Numbered from the stretch's first letter, positions 34,856 through 50,300 are shown. The stretch is 64,000 nt of DNA from Phoronis australis (GCA_002633005.1 NMRA01000108.1:477006-541005); one strand, 5' to 3'. Made by a program: numbers and translations. Notes: generated by a model from the sequence alone, not told the origin.

Positions 34856-37800
34856 TGTCTTGTACATGTTATACTTTGGGCCTATGGCCATATGTATATA
34901 TTTCAATAAATCACATTTACTTGGGGTTAGAATCTTTAGGTGTAGCGGCCATTGCAGTCTACCTGAAAAGGGGGAAGGTCCTATGGTTTGGCAAAGCCTA
35001 CCGTACCCTATGTGATACAAATCGCCTAAAGAACAGCGCTCAACATAAGCAAAAATGTCCACTCAAAATGCGAGTGATGGCATACTTGCCTCTTGTATTC
35101 GTGGATTTGGGCTCGTAAAAAGTGGCGACAAAAAATGACTAACGTTTGCTTTGCGCCCTTATGAAAAAACAAGTAAGGTAAATTTTCTATCCATACTTTT
35201 GAGTGTTTACTGGCTAATATATCAAGCACTGAAAAACTCATAAAAATCTGAATATTAATGAAACAAATAATCTTTGATCTCCAAACAATGCATGCTTAGC
35301 TACAACGCTGTTTGCTAAAAACTATTAAAAGCATGAATTGACTTGTAAATGGTTGAGTCAGATACACGGTTACAAGAAGTAAAATCAAGTAGTCTATCGG
35401 GAATGCTTTCAGCCAGTGAAAAGTATAACAAGAGAATATTAGAGTGGTGACATGAACAGAAAGAAAATTTCAACCTTCACTGTAGCGTCTACATTACCAG
35501 TGCATGTAAATCTCCAGTAGAATACTAATTGTTCTTCACTATATACCCAAAGCCGTGCTGTTAGGAACTTAAGTCCGTAGAGTCAGTACATACAATAAAT
35601 CTGAAAAATAAAAATTGTGAACTAGAAATATTGCCAACATTTATCAATTATTGTACTTCACTTGTAAAATACATTTCCGTGAGCACATATGGACTTGCCT
35701 TTAAATGTGCATGCATTAAAAATTCAACACCTTAGGCCACTGTGACGACATTTCCCGGCCTTTTTATTTTCATGCCTCGTGACTTTTGTCAACTAATCGT
35801 TCCTACAGACTAGATTACCGGTATCTGGCTTTTGTAAAAATTTATTTGCCAATTCACATCCCAGTGTCATTTCTTTGTCTCCACAATGCAGGCATTGCAA
35901 AGTCACTCATTTTCCACTGATTTTCCTTCAATAACAGCGTAAACTTACCGCTTGCCTTTCCACGGGTTTGTATTTTATCCATTTAGATATTTTTAATTAA
36001 TACTAAGTACTTCATATCACTGTACTGTCATAATAAACCTTTATTTGGTCAACGTTTTGTCTCTTCATCACTAAAAAACACAGCATGATGTACTGTACGG
36101 TGCTTCATCAGTCTTTCCATGTTAATTTCTTATTCTTTGCTTATTACTTAAATTTGTCTTTCATTTTGTAATTCTGTTTCTGTCTTACTATCTGTTTGTT
36201 TTTTCCTGAGGGCCCCCATGGAAAGCAGTGTGAACTGATGGGGCTAACCCTCATTGTAAATATTACATTAATAAATAATAAATAAAATAAAATGTACATT
36301 TCATTAACATCAGATCTCTTCAAATGAACTTTTAACTCCCTACTGCTGTGGATCATGTAGTTCACAGTTGCCTCGACACCTCTATTCTGAAATCATTCGC
36401 TAACCTACACGTCAACTTCGACAACTGCAGGGGTCATGCAACACGCTTTTGTGTCACTCATTCTTTATTAAAAAAATTGTACACTGTTAAAGCTTCCCCC
36501 TGCATTCCCAACATTTAGTATTCCATTCAGTACAGGGTTTTGTTATTTTTGTATTGTTCCTACATGAATTTGCAGCTGGCCAAGTGTGAGTGAAACATAA
36601 ACGAGGATTCCCACAAACTACAGCCCAACAACCAGCAAAACAAGTCTTATCCATGAAGAAGACAGCCACATTTGTTGGTCATTGAACAGTTCTAAGGTAA
36701 CTTTTAGTATGTTTCATGGATTTAACGAAACATCCAATTGATCTAGGTGAGTCTGGTTCTGTGACGACAAGGATTATTGTAAAACATCTAAAATGAAAAT
36801 GTATGACATAGGTTTTTCCAATGTTAGCTCAACACTTTACGTTTTTACAACATTTGACTCAATTAAGCTAAAGAAACTGATTACTGGGTTTATGAGAGCA
36901 TCACCTTAGACGCAATTTTGACTCGAATTTTGAGAACTAAAGTATGCAATAAATATCATTCATGCATTTCATTTAATTATTGTCCTCCCATATTTGCCTT
37001 CTTTTCCAATATGTATTCTGCATCATGCACCTCTACAGGAGGCTTGACGACTTCTGAACAGTTTTCAAGATGGGTCTCCAGTGCACGAAACAGTCCCAGA
37101 TGGGGGCTCAAATATGTTCCCTAAATCTTTTCCATATGTGTAATTGCTTAAGGGGCCATATCTTGGAGACCCTTCAACTTAGGTGAATAAAATTTTGCAG
37201 GTAATCATTGTGTACCATGATTAACATCTCAGTAAATTTTCATCAAAGTCTCAGATGAGATGGTGACCTGACAACCTCTGGGTGATTTCATGTGGAATGA
37301 CCCAATAGCAAATGTTGTTTTTATATCTGTTTATTTTCTAATGATTCTTTGTACATAGAAAACGCTAAAATTGAGAGAGCAATGACGACAACATGGCATT
37401 AGAAAATTCAATCTGTATTTGCACAAGTCCACAAAAGAGGTGAAAATTCAGAGTATTGTTGAGAAGGGAAATTTGGTTGAAACCACCTAACTTGAATTGC
37501 TCACACTGGAGGTTAACGTGTCACTTAATAACATTTGATGAGTCACAGAATATTTGCATACCTGTTCAGAAATCAACCAAACTTTGTTTATTACTTCCGC
37601 CTTCAAATTTTAAGAATGATAACAATGGCAACATTAACAGGGAAATTTGGATGCTGCCATGATGGCGAGGGGAAAGACAGACACAGCGTCAGGGAAATTC
37701 GAACCAGCAAATTCTGTACAGGTAAAGCAGACAAAATATAGAACAATACTTTATGATTTTAAAATATGACTACAAGTAACACTTAGCAGCGTCAGCATGG

Positions 37801-40800
37801 GGTGAATAATAAAAGCACCAGGTAGCCTAAAATTATGATACCTGAATTTCCCCACAGCAAATACTGCACGCAAAAAGTTGGAGGTTAAACACCGACAACC
37901 ATTTTTTGATCAAATCAGGTTTTTCTAGTACATTTCTTTTATTGCAATTAACACATAAAACAGCTTATCAACCTACTAAGCGTCAAGTTAATTCAAGTAA
38001 CTGTACATTTACACAACAAGGGACCAAGTGACCGAAATACAACTTGGAAACGAGAGAGTACTTCCAAAGCAGACAACAGAGCAAACAGAGCATGCATCAT
38101 ATATATTGAAACTTTTTGCAATTCAAGTAAGGAGGTAAATAAATTCCAACTATTGTTCAAGGAAATGCATTATCTCTTCATTTGGCAGAAAGGGCACCTT
38201 GTTCATGTTATATTTGACATTTCCTTAGAATCATCCAAATTTTACCACTGTCTCAGTTTCCCCGAACGATCCCTGCCTATCTGGTACTATTTCAGGCAAC
38301 GGGACACTAGACCCCACTTAGGAATATAGGGTGAACACTATTGATAACAAAACTTGAGATACATAATTCAAAAACAGAACTGAGGAGAAAATTTCATGCA
38401 TACATTTCATTGATTCATGGCCAATCTTCAATACCGATTTTCTCTGAGTGAAACCATTCATTCCTTCATCTCAAAGTTCTCCTAACTGACAGACAGACTC
38501 TTGAAAATCATGATGATCTATAGTAGCATGCAGTCCTAGTTTTGATTTCATTGTTGTGTTTTGTGGAAGGATAAGAAAATAGAAAATTGCAGAATTGATT
38601 TTTATTTGGTTATCTAGAATTCAAAGTGAGAATGACGTAATAGGTTGAAGCCATATCCTTCTTCCTTCACTGATAAGAAATGTACAAGTTAGCAAGCTTG
38701 AACATTGGCAATATGATTTAAACGTGCACCAAGTGCAGCAACCTCGCCAAAGTCATGTTGTGGCCTAATTGGGTAATTGTTTCTGACCTACACTCATGAT
38801 TTTGGTATCATTCGATTTCTTGCAACATTATCTTTCTAGTTTTGAGGTACCGACCAACCTGTTCTAAGGTCTGACCACCAAGTTAGAACACTGGAAATTT
38901 GGTTTTGCAGTCCAGCCAGCTGGTTTTGAAGTCTTGGTAAGTGGTCCGACCAATTGTTGATTCCTCCCTTGAAAATGATCACAATTCTAAAAAATTTTGG
39001 AAATGAATGAAATGCTGCCCCTTGTTGCTTCATGTTACATCAGGAAAACTTAAGCGGATCAAATCTCACAAAGAAACACCATTCGCAATCCACATTTATC
39101 ATCAAAAGATGTCGTCGTAATCTTGAGTAGAGCAAACATGGTTGTGTCAACGGGGTAATATAACAGAAATTTGACGACAAAATAGTGAGGCCGCGGTAGG
39201 GGACACACATTCATATATTTTTGGAGTGAGAACTGAAAGGCAGAATCGAATGATCATACCATGAATATACTTACAAGTCACACATTTCTAAAGATATGCT
39301 GGAATTTTCACTACTCGTCCTTCTAAGCAGCTTTCACTCGATTCACAGATAAAGATAAAGTTGTTAAGCGAGCAGACCCAATTAAGTTTGATTACTCGAC
39401 CATAAAGTGTACATAAACATCTCTGCCAGCTGTACAACTGGCAAAAATTCAAAATGCATTTAATAATTTTTTGTTAAAAACAAACATCACAGCAAATATG
39501 GTTTTTGATTTTTAAAAATCGATAAACTAATAAGTTAAAAACTGTGAACAAACATTGAAGATCAACGTTTTGATATACTTGATGGATTCACAAACGCTGA
39601 TCGGAGTTAACAATATCACACGGATTATTCTTTTAATATTCTTTCAATCTAGGAAAGAAAAAAAACAAGTAGACGAGAGTATTAAAATGAAATAATGAAA
39701 CTTGGTATGAAACGGATTTAAAAACCAACATTCCAACAGTCATTTTGTTATTAAAATGTACCAAGTTAAAACTACTCTCCAAAGTTGCAGGCTGTAATGG
39801 CTTGTGGAGAGAGGAGTGAAGAAGACTTCTTTACTTGCTGAACACAACTTTATTGGGGACTGACTAACCACTGTACAACAACATGTTTTTACAATACACA
39901 AGACCACATGGGTATGAGTCACATTTCATAGAACTGTTTGGCAAATGCCAAAGAAAACCAATTTGGGTGAAATAACAACCACCATTGTTGAGACAGTAGT
40001 GCTAGCTATTACCTTTCCACTTCATTAGTTCAGATCTATGTCAATATAGGGAGTGCTGAATGGGCATCCTGGTTGTCTGGGGCTGAGGGAATCTGAGGGG
40101 TGACCACTGTAAGCCTGAAATTCTCCACATGTTCTTAAATCATTTGTGTGTAGGACAATGCCATCATGTCAGGGAACAGCAACCAACTGCTAGCTAGCCC
40201 ACAACAAACGTTTCTACATACAACATAAAAATAGCCTTGAGACCTTGAGTTGTGGCTGTGGCTTAGTCCGAATATACGTGAAGTAAAATTAGATAAGCAT
40301 GATTAGAAATACTGCACTAATTACATATGGCCTTGCCTTTCACACTATAGTGCATGCAAGTCAACGTCATTGACGCGGAAATTCACAAATTTAATGCTAA
40401 AGCAAAAGACCACAAATTCCCCTGTCCAGACTGGCGCAGCATGCTTTCTAAGAAAAGTGTGAGTCTGTGACGTCAGTCGTCACTAATCCAACACATGACA
40501 ACTACAGGCACTAAGTTACGAAAGGGTCGAATGATAAGATATGAGCTTTCTATGATTAATCTCAAATCACATTCGTCTGGACGCAGACGTCATCAGTTCG
40601 AGGTCTTATCCACTCACCGAGGTATGTTAGGCCTACATTTTGGTGTAATATGTAGGCTACCATATCACGACAAAGCCCGATTGTTGGGCGCCATTTTCTG
40701 GATTATCGTACAAGCGCCCCTTACGGCGTTGAACGGTTGTAAACCTGAGCCATGATTTGTAAAATGCCTTGGCCTCAGTAGTTATCGTTGCTTAGATATT

Positions 40801-43800
40801 CAAGCAGCTGATAACAATTTTATTAAGCACAAGAATTCTTACTCAAGCGATGGCCAACCTCAGACACACCAGGGCAAGCACTGCAGTGAGCCGATGCCAA
40901 AAGTCTGGTTCAGTAGGCCTAGTCACCCGCCCGATCCGCGCGTCTCACTCATTTGGTCGCCGACACTCCGAAGTGACTTAGCCCACGTTTGAAGAGAAAA
41001 GGCCCTTATAGAACCAAACCTATAGGTGCACAAAGAACGAGACACCTGCGAGAAATACAGTAACACTCATAGGCGGATTTAGGGGGGCAGGGGGCCCGCC
41101 CCCNNNNNNNNNNNNNNNNNNNNNNNNNNNNNNNNNNNNNNNNNNNNNNNNNNNNNNNNNNNNNNNNNNNNNNNNNNNNNNNNNNNNNNNNNNNNNNNTG
41201 AGTTCAGGAGCTAGGACCGGTAGCGGACGAAGGGGGTGGGGGTGGGGGGGAGTCTCGGACGCGGAAAAACACGGGGTTTTTTTGGGTCCACCAATAGATT
41301 TCCTGAACTGAAGTGAAGGTCTACATACAGTCCTCGGCCCCCGCAACTTTCGGGCCGCCTGTACACATACAATCGCGCTTTGCTCAATTCTCCGAGGATG
41401 TTCCCCCCCTCTTATGGTATCTTAGATCCGCCACTGATACTTCATACATTCAGCACGCATTATTAGGAGGAAAATGTGAAACTTATTTGATCCATAGGTC
41501 AATGTGTCATCGATGAATTACTGGCCCCTTTTTACATATTCTTTCAATTAACGTGCATTGAATGATAATTATATGGAAACGTTCTTCCAAACTTAGAATA
41601 ATATTTTAAATATTTCATAATTTGCTCATATCTTATTAAAGTAAATATGCAATTTACGAATGGATCTATTCTTTTAAGTCTGAGATACTCTGCCGAGAGA
41701 TTGCGGTTCCCAGATATGTATAATGATTCATCGTTTGCTGTTGTTGATATTGTTGCCTAAACAGATTACGGTGTATGAGTACCTTATTTGTGAGTCCCGT
41801 TGTCTCATGCTCATGTTCCATCCATTTTATCTTCATTTTATTTCAATGTAGACAAGACATGTAAAAGGCCATTGAAATTTCGAGTCTTAATTAAGTTCTG
41901 TTTAGCTGGCTAAAATAAAAATCGAAAAAGGGTATTTACTGAAAATTCCCCTGCTTCCATAAGGCCACCGTGCTTTTGTTTACATATCGTTCATTATCAA
42001 TATGGCGAACCGCGTATCACGCGCTGTCTGGCTTGCGAGTACAGTCGTGTCACCTCTATGTATTTTGCACATTTTGTCTGCCCCAGGAATTTTCAGAATA
42101 AAATTTGACATTTTAAATACTGACGAGGTTTTAAAATATTGGTAACATAAAGCAATGTAAACCTGTGACCCACACACTGTCTAAACGGTCATGTGAGCCA
42201 TTGCAAAGACAAAATTCCTAATGCTTTGGCTGAACTTCTCACGGAGCGTGGTGAACTGGTAATTTGTACGGTTTGAAACGACATGGTCTCACAGTTCAAA
42301 CAGTTGTGTCATAGACTCTGTTGTAAAACAACACGCCGCGAAACTAGGGTTTTAAAAAGGCAATCGCATCGTTAATTTTTACCAATATTAATTTTTACAC
42401 CGATCAATGTACCCCTTTTATCGACCATGATGTGCGGCCCAGTAGATTTTTTTTTCTGTCCGTAACACGCACACTTCCATCTGATTAGACATACAGAACG
42501 AGAAGGACAACAAAATGCTGACACAGAAACAACACATTGAGACACTCTAACCATTTCAGACAATAAAGTTTTCATTTATTACAAAATATATTTATTTCAA
42601 AATATCACCATCACGCAGTAAAATCACACCGTGACAGTAAAAGGGAAGTGTCTAGCTGGTACAAGGTTACTGTACCGTACTGGTACATGCACTCCACTTC
42701 AGCAAAAGTCAGATTTCCACCAACTCTAATTTAATCCCTCAGTTCAGTTGGATCCGAAATTTACTGGCACAGAAATATATTACTAGGTACATTTGTATTG
42801 ACAACACTCCGCCACAAAATAAATATGACAAAACTGAATGGTCATAAACTCTAACTGCCCTGTCCTACATACCCAGGTATAATACACTGTAAGTATCGGG
42901 AGACCATAAACAGGACAGTATATAAAAATGAGTGTTTTCCTCAAGTAAGACAGTTGCAGATTTTAACAGCTTGCCAGGCTACATAACATATGTCCCATCT
43001 CTTGAAATCTTCAGAAACAACCCATCTACCGTCCAAATGTAACATTGAGGGGTGTAGCATTCTTGGGATATCCCTTCTATCTATATTAATAAATCTTCGA
43101 ATTGGTGTCCACTCGGTAAAAATGTACAACTATTAATCTTGTAGTCAATTTTTGTGTTTCTTCGTTGCTAGAAAACAACAGACATCTTGGTCACTAAACC
43201 CTTAAAGATATATCGAACTAAGAAGGAAAGTCAAGTAAAAGTCCGTGAAACAGTGAGTGTTCTAGAACAATATTTGTTTCTGCGATGGGATTCTCACCCA
43301 CAAAATTATTTTATTTCAGTTTCAATTTTTAAACCTTTAAAGACCAAAAAATTATTTCATTGATTCTGGGTCTAACCTTTATACTGGAACTTTATTTTTG
43401 ATGTTGATAGGTGTTAAGGCCCTTTAATTCTGTGCTCATGATTTTCTTGGATGATTTTCTAAAAATCCTAGTTTGCACTCGATGATCCTAACATAAGAGC
43501 CATGAGTTTTTACTTGAAATCCCATTCTGTTACCAATATTGGTTCCTAGATAGGCCTACTACACAGTACACACACATTTCGATTAACATGGTTCATCAGC
43601 AAGATGGCGGACCACTCCGCTCAACGAAAACCATATTTATCTCATTGGGAAGATAGATGCACTCATGGAACATACATTTCTTAGCACTAGGGAGTGTCGT
43701 ATAAATTAGGCAGTCACTTCTTAATTAACAACAGGCCCGCCTACATGGACTCTTGTCCTAACAAGTAACTTGGAAGGGCTGTTGTGTTACGTAGGTACCG

Positions 43801-45174
43801 AGTCAGGTAATGCAAAAAATAAATCTTCGTTTCTCGTCAGTCAGTAGAGGCTTAATGAATATAGCACTGCGTGAAAGCAAATAAAATTTACTTGGGCAAT
43901 CGTAACGCTACATGCACTGTGCACTCTAACTTGTGATCGTTTTGCTTTCGCCGTTTTGCACGACTAACAATAAAAACAAAGTAATTGGTCTGGTAGTTGT
44001 TAACAGTAGTTTCTCACACCTGCCAGTTCGGAAATGACTAGAGCACACTTCGGTGCAAGGTAGCTTGTTCTCGTTAAACAAGTCAGAGCAACCGAGTTAA
44101 GTTTACTGCGACGTCCAGCGGCAAAACTTACTCACCTACTACGAAAAACTGAGAATCTTCCGAAATGCAACCTCTCTGTAATTATTACATCTTAAAAAAC
44201 GTCTCTGATTTCCACGAAGAATCCCCGCCATGATCTTTATGGAAATCCCGTGACGTGTGGATATTTGAAATTCGATGATATTCTCTAANGACGTGTGGAT
44301 ATTTGAAAGTCGATGATATTCTTTCACGGTTTTCTTCGAAACCATGCTTCTCGGAAGACCCAGCCCTCGTTTTACTGTGGGATCACCGGAATACTTGTGA
44401 GTATTTTAAAACCCGCATGAATCAATTTATAAAGAAAATAATAGCCAGTGAGCTAGGTCGTGATGATGTGCGCATCCTAGCATTCGATCGATGAATGAAT
44501 AACGAGGACAAGCGGTCATTTTGTAAGTCGTTTAGTATATATTTTTATTCAGTGCCGGCCTGGTCGAGACTATTACTAGGTTGAGCAAAAAGACTGTGAG
44601 CAATGCATATTTGCACAGTATATGTTTATAGCAGATGGGCGTGTTCACCAGTAGATGAACTGTCAATGCAATGAATGGATGGTAAAACATTGATGTATCT
44701 GGTTTTGTGGAGTGAAACCTGGCTTCCATCTTTTTAAGGTATGTACGTTACGTGGACAACGTAATCCCAGCCGAATCTCGATGATCAGTCAAGCATCATA
44801 GCCAACTAGTGGTTCATTTGAGGAGAGACATTAATTGCTCTATTTGTGTACAACCGGATATTGATCCAGTTCGCTTCACTTGCTTGGAACTCCCTTTTAC
44901 AGACAACAGGTCAATGTCCATACAATGCAATATCAAGTGTTGACAATTTTATTACTCTGATGATAATTAATGGAAAATAAACCCCAAATGTGATGTGGAT
45001 TTAAATTTAGAGACATCAGCAATGTGCGACTGCTAGGTTGTGAAATACTGTTTTGTTGAAATGTAGTTTCATTTTATTTTATATGACTCGTGTATAAAAC
45101 ATAGCTCTTTAAGATTATTGATTAGTTCATTTGTGTTTTAGACGTATTTTATGCTCTCTACATGCCAAGCAGAG

Positions 45175-45236
45175 ACTATGAGACTATAACTATGTCACTT
45201 TCTCTAGGGAAAGTGACATAGTTATAGTCTCATAGT
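45175..45236. repeat. Perfect 28-bp inverted repeat with a 6-nt spacer
   Basis: ACTATGAGACTATAACTATGTCACTTTC-TCTAGG-GAAAGTGACATAGTTATAGTCTCATAGT. Confidence 0.95.
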
Positions 45237-46404
45237 TAAACAGTGGCGGATCTAACGAGGTTGAGGGTTTTAATTCCCTTTAACAAACTACCTCAGTTTC
45301 GAATACGTTTTTTGCCGAGGCATACAGGCAGAGTAAAGTATTCCAAAGAACAAGCCATCGTAGAAGCACTAAAACATGGCGCCGGCATTTTTCTTTGCGA
45401 TTTTTTTGCTCAGTCTAAAGGAGAGTCATGAGGAATGAATATACTTCACGTTCCTAAAATCGTTAAGCAATATTTTTGACTACTATGCATTCATTGGAAA
45501 GGCGATGCTTCAACAGGGAAGTAAAAATAGCTTCACTGACAGGAACTGAAGGTTAATGACATTTTTTTTTCAAAAAATGACACAATTTCAAGAGGCATGG
45601 AAAGCGAAAATACTATCTCACAATGTCTAGTACAAAGTAATTCATTTCCCTTGTCAAGAAATGTCCACAAAATATGGCAAAATTCACTATTTTTAAAATA
45701 CGCGCGAAGGAAAAACTCTGTCTCTAAGGAGACGTGCTTTGCCTTGTGGGAGAAAAATCGACGAAGTGGCAAGCAGTTGACAGATCTTTTTTTGAAATTT
45801 GAAACTAAAAGAAAATGCTTTGATATCAACAGAAATTAAAAATCTTTACAAACAAATGGTGAAATACCTGGTGAGCAGGTTGAAATCTATTTCAGTGGCG
45901 TGTTGCTATTTAGTCTGTTTATGGTGTTCCATGCCTCTTTACACCAGCAATTCACAAAAAGTATCGTTATAACACCTGTCAAATGAATGGAAAATCTTTT
46001 GGGATTCGTAAAACAAGGTTTTCTATTGCTGTGCCTAATGGTAGTCCATTGACAAGTAAATACTAAGATGAAGCACAGAATTACGCGTTCAAGCAAACAT
46101 GTCTTAAAGTAAGCCTTATGTGGTCATTTGGGAGATCTTTAAGTGGAATTACAATTTCGATGGGAACTCACGAATGAAGTGAAATTTTTAAAAATATAAA
46201 ATAGAAATTCTAATCCGTTGTTATGTTATTTCATATTGTCACTTCAAAAGTTTAATTGATTTCTTTCACACTGTCTCTATAAAAATTCTTAGAATATAAA
46301 TTTTTGTATGTTTTATTCGTCTCATTCTATTTTCAAGTGCTTAGGTCATGTCTGTAGATAAACTGGAACAGTTAATAGTAGTTATAACAAAGACACTAAA
46401 AAAA

Positions 46405-46500
46405 AAATAACGACAATAACAAAGAACACGAATAGCAACAACAACAACACAACCACAACAACAACCACAAGAACAATAACAACAATAATAACAGCAAGTA
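46405..46500 (+). repeat. Degenerate (AAC)n microsatellite
   Basis: ACAACAACAC AACCACAACA ACAACCACAA... Confidence 0.8.
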
Positions 46501-47385
46501 CATGAATAATAGTAATAAAATACAAAAGGGATAACGATAAGGAAGCTATTTTAATAATACATTGTTAAACGAGTAGAAACAAGGCTAAACATCCATAAAT
46601 TATGGTATGAGAAGTTGAACACTTGATTGGCAAATTTCCTCAGATCAACGGCACAGCTCGCAAAATATGCGTTCAATAAAGAGACGACATGGTAGGCCTA
46701 GATTCGCGCACCAGTGATATTATGAACAGATAACAACTTCGTTTTATCGATGGGTGTCAGTGAACCCGACAATTCCCTTTTCGAGTTACCCAAAGACCCT
46801 GCGATAACCGAAAAATTGCTTATGTTCCTCGGCGCGATTCGTGTATGGGATTGTCTTTAGCTTGTCTGATACCAGCTTACTGATGACTATAAAAAGGGGA
46901 ATTGGTCGAATGCCCTTTTGATCCCATTACGACGTTTTATGAAAAGACCGAGTATATGCCTTAAAAAAAATAACAACAGCAACGATATTGGAAATGGACG
47001 TGGCTATGATGATGATAATGATGACGACGATGATGACAATGGTGATAAATTCTTGAAAGGCTAAGTAAAAAACTACCTCCATTGACACTGTTTATCAATC
47101 AAAGACCTTTAAGAAATATTGCAATTATGTTTTATTTTACCTGCCGGTTATATGTTCACGTGTTTCTATGCAATTGCATATTGTAGGTACGTCCCTAGTT
47201 TGACAGACTTTCTGTTTGACAGCAGCGTTTCAACACAAGTGTGCTATAGAAGTTTTGGCAGTTTATGACCACATGATTTTTTTCTTGGTGCCGGTTTTCG
47301 GCACCTCAGTTTGTGAATGTATCTTCTGATGTACGTTTCGCGAATAATTTTCTCTCTCAATATTTGTAGGCCAGCTGTGGTCACT

Positions 47386-50300
47386 ATGTCGATCCTGAGA
47401 GTTTTCATATGTGGCGCGCACAGCACCGGGAAGTCAACTCTTTTGAACGATTTAAGAGAGTATCTGGATCTTCAGTTCGAACAAGAGATTGCAAGACAAG
47501 TAATGAGACGAAAAGGTCTGTCAAAGGAAGACATTAGCCCTGAGAAGCATCCGGATGTGTTTCGAGACTTACAGCAGGCCATTTTGGAACGTCAATGTGA
47601 AACCGACAGAACTCACGTGAACAATCGGACAGGTTGGCGTCCTTGCATTTGATGTTGATGGCGTAAGCCGTAATCGCAAAAATTGAACGAAGTTCCAAAA
47701 ATCAAGTAAATGTATTCTGTAAATAAGTTTTCGACTCTAAAATAAAAAAGTACCGAACAATTACAGTTTATGCAAGACCACGCAACAGTGGTACTTGTTA
47801 AACGTGAAGTGACAGATAGAAACAAGTGTAATCCGCACTAATATGAAACTTGAAAGTTTATGGAACTGCGTGCAAACCTGAAAACTCCAGGACTGGCCTG
47901 TCGCCCTATTTTGCTGTTGTAAGCTACTGTTGTCTTATATGATCTAGTGCCTGAGTGAGTGCCGCCCATCGCGGCCTACACCCATAACGTTTATCTAAGT
48001 ACATATACCGACCGTAAGCGTCCTTTTGACATTAATAACATTGATGATGATGACGACGACGACGAAGACGACGCCATGATAAAAGGACAGTGGTGTCGCA
48101 AAGTTGGGAAATAAACTCCTCCAAAAATGCCGACACGTTACTTAGGCCTTCTAGAGCCCATTGTTTATGAAATTCACTGCTCAAACCCAGCAAGTCTAGC
48201 GGCCTGCATGAGAAATTTTGCAAACGTTTTAATATCTATGACAGTTTTCACTGGTTTACTCCCAGAGCATTCTTTTGTACTTAATAATTGAAACACCGAT
48301 CTACACGGTGTTCTGGTGTTTCATTTTCCATCGAGCATTTCACGCAGCAGGATTCTGTTGCTCGGCTTGTTGCTTTCTTATGTTTCTGCAGGTTACAGTG
48401 ACCTGCAATAACATTCGAATTTGAGACTTGGTCAGAATCAAAAGCTTGCTGTTAGGACTGAGAGTGACCCAGCTCGTCATCTCTTTTGTTCTTTCAAAGT
48501 CTCTTCTGTTAGTCCAAGGTGTTCTCCATCGTTTTAATAACCAGTCCAGTATTTCTAAAACACAGTTGGCATCAGGGACAGGTAATCTTGATTCAGGTCC
48601 TTAGAAATCAATTTCTGAAGTGTAGCTAATCGATCTTCTGCCCCAATATTCTGGGCACCAACGTATCCAAGGGTCCAGGCAACTGTGATACGATTATATC
48701 TACCTAAATTATTTAGGTTGGTGATGCATTGTTGGACAATTTGTGATTTCGAAACAACATTTTTAAGACGTAAATACACTGTAGCTGTCGGGCTATCCGA
48801 CAGGATAGCTATTGATTTGTTTTGAATTCCTTTTTGATCAATTTTTCACCAGCTTTAACAATTGCAAAACTCTTCTCTTGGAAACAGAACTAATTTATGT
48901 CTTCTCATGCGCGCACCCAGCCTAAAGTAAGTATAGGGGGCTCGAATTCTTCGTTATGCGAACCTTTTACTGAAAAAAAATCAATGAGGAATAAAAAAAA
49001 AACGGGGCCACTAGGTTCAGACCTGCCGATCGTGCGTCCGCGCCGAATTCCTGTGGACTTTGTGGACTTTTGTCTCGGTTACTCGGACTTTTTGTTTCGC
49101 TGAGGAGGACATTTTAGCCCAATTCGCCAAATTGGGGGGCTTCCCTGAACCCCCCCCCCCGCCCTCCCGTGTGCGCCCATGCTTCTATGATAGATATTTT
49201 CAGTTGGTGGTACCAGGAAGTTCTAATACGGAAACCGCACCAACCAGTTCATTTATACTGAACCATCCTTGCATTCGTTAATGGTTCTTACATCAACGTT
49301 CATTCTGTATTCGTGGGCACCATTTCTGTTTAGAATGAGACATTCAATTTTTTTTTCAAGGGTCTTGGATTTTACTGACCGATCAGTTGGCATGTACAAT
49401 AGTGGAAGTTCATTACTAGCCCTGTTATACATGTCAACACGACTCTTTGTTTTCCCTGATGTGCCCACTGGCTTGGTAACCCAGAGTCCTGTCTGGTCAA
49501 TATGGAAGGACTCCTGGACTTCCTAAGCCATTGGGAACTCATCAAACTGTTCTGTATTCATTAAAATTTTCATTGTTCCCAGAGAGTGCTTGGAAATGCA
49601 GATGTTATCATGAGATGTGCTAAAAGTTGTACCGTGTGAAGATGCAACTTTTCACTTCCATTGACCCAGGACACACATACAAATAATGATAAGATTGGTC
49701 TTATCGCAGCAGTGTCTCCATTTCATGCTTTTAAATCTCACACTTTATGTTTTGCCTATGCATTGCACGGTTGCACGGTTTAAAGAATTTTCTCAAGTGA
49801 TTTTGCTGTCTAAAACGACTCCTAACACTTTAGCCTTCTGTGAAGGAAGATTTTCTTCTTACTGAGTTTATATCATGCTGTACCTTGTAATAGCAATTCA
49901 GCTTTGCTTAATTCTGCTTTGCCAGCAGCTGGGACCTACCAACTTTTAATCGTGGGCCGTTCGTGTGAAAGAGACTTCGATAGCGTTTACGACCGTACTC
50001 ACTATATCCAATGAGATATTGGTTTGTAGGTCCCGTGAGCTCTGAAGCAGTTGTACCAAAGATGTTAACGGTCTCCGGTTGTACGCTCATATTTTCCGCA
50101 CATAAGTTTACGTCCGTAATTCTATGCTCGTAATTTTTACGCTCGTACTTTGCGCATGTTATGAAGTATTCAGAAGCCGAAATCTCAGTTGCAAAATATA
50201 CTGATAAGTACAAAAGACTGAAAGATACCGAAGAATGACCGAATTTTTTTACTAGCTGCCCTAACCATCCCAAGCATTTGAAAGTGGTCCATTTTAGTAC

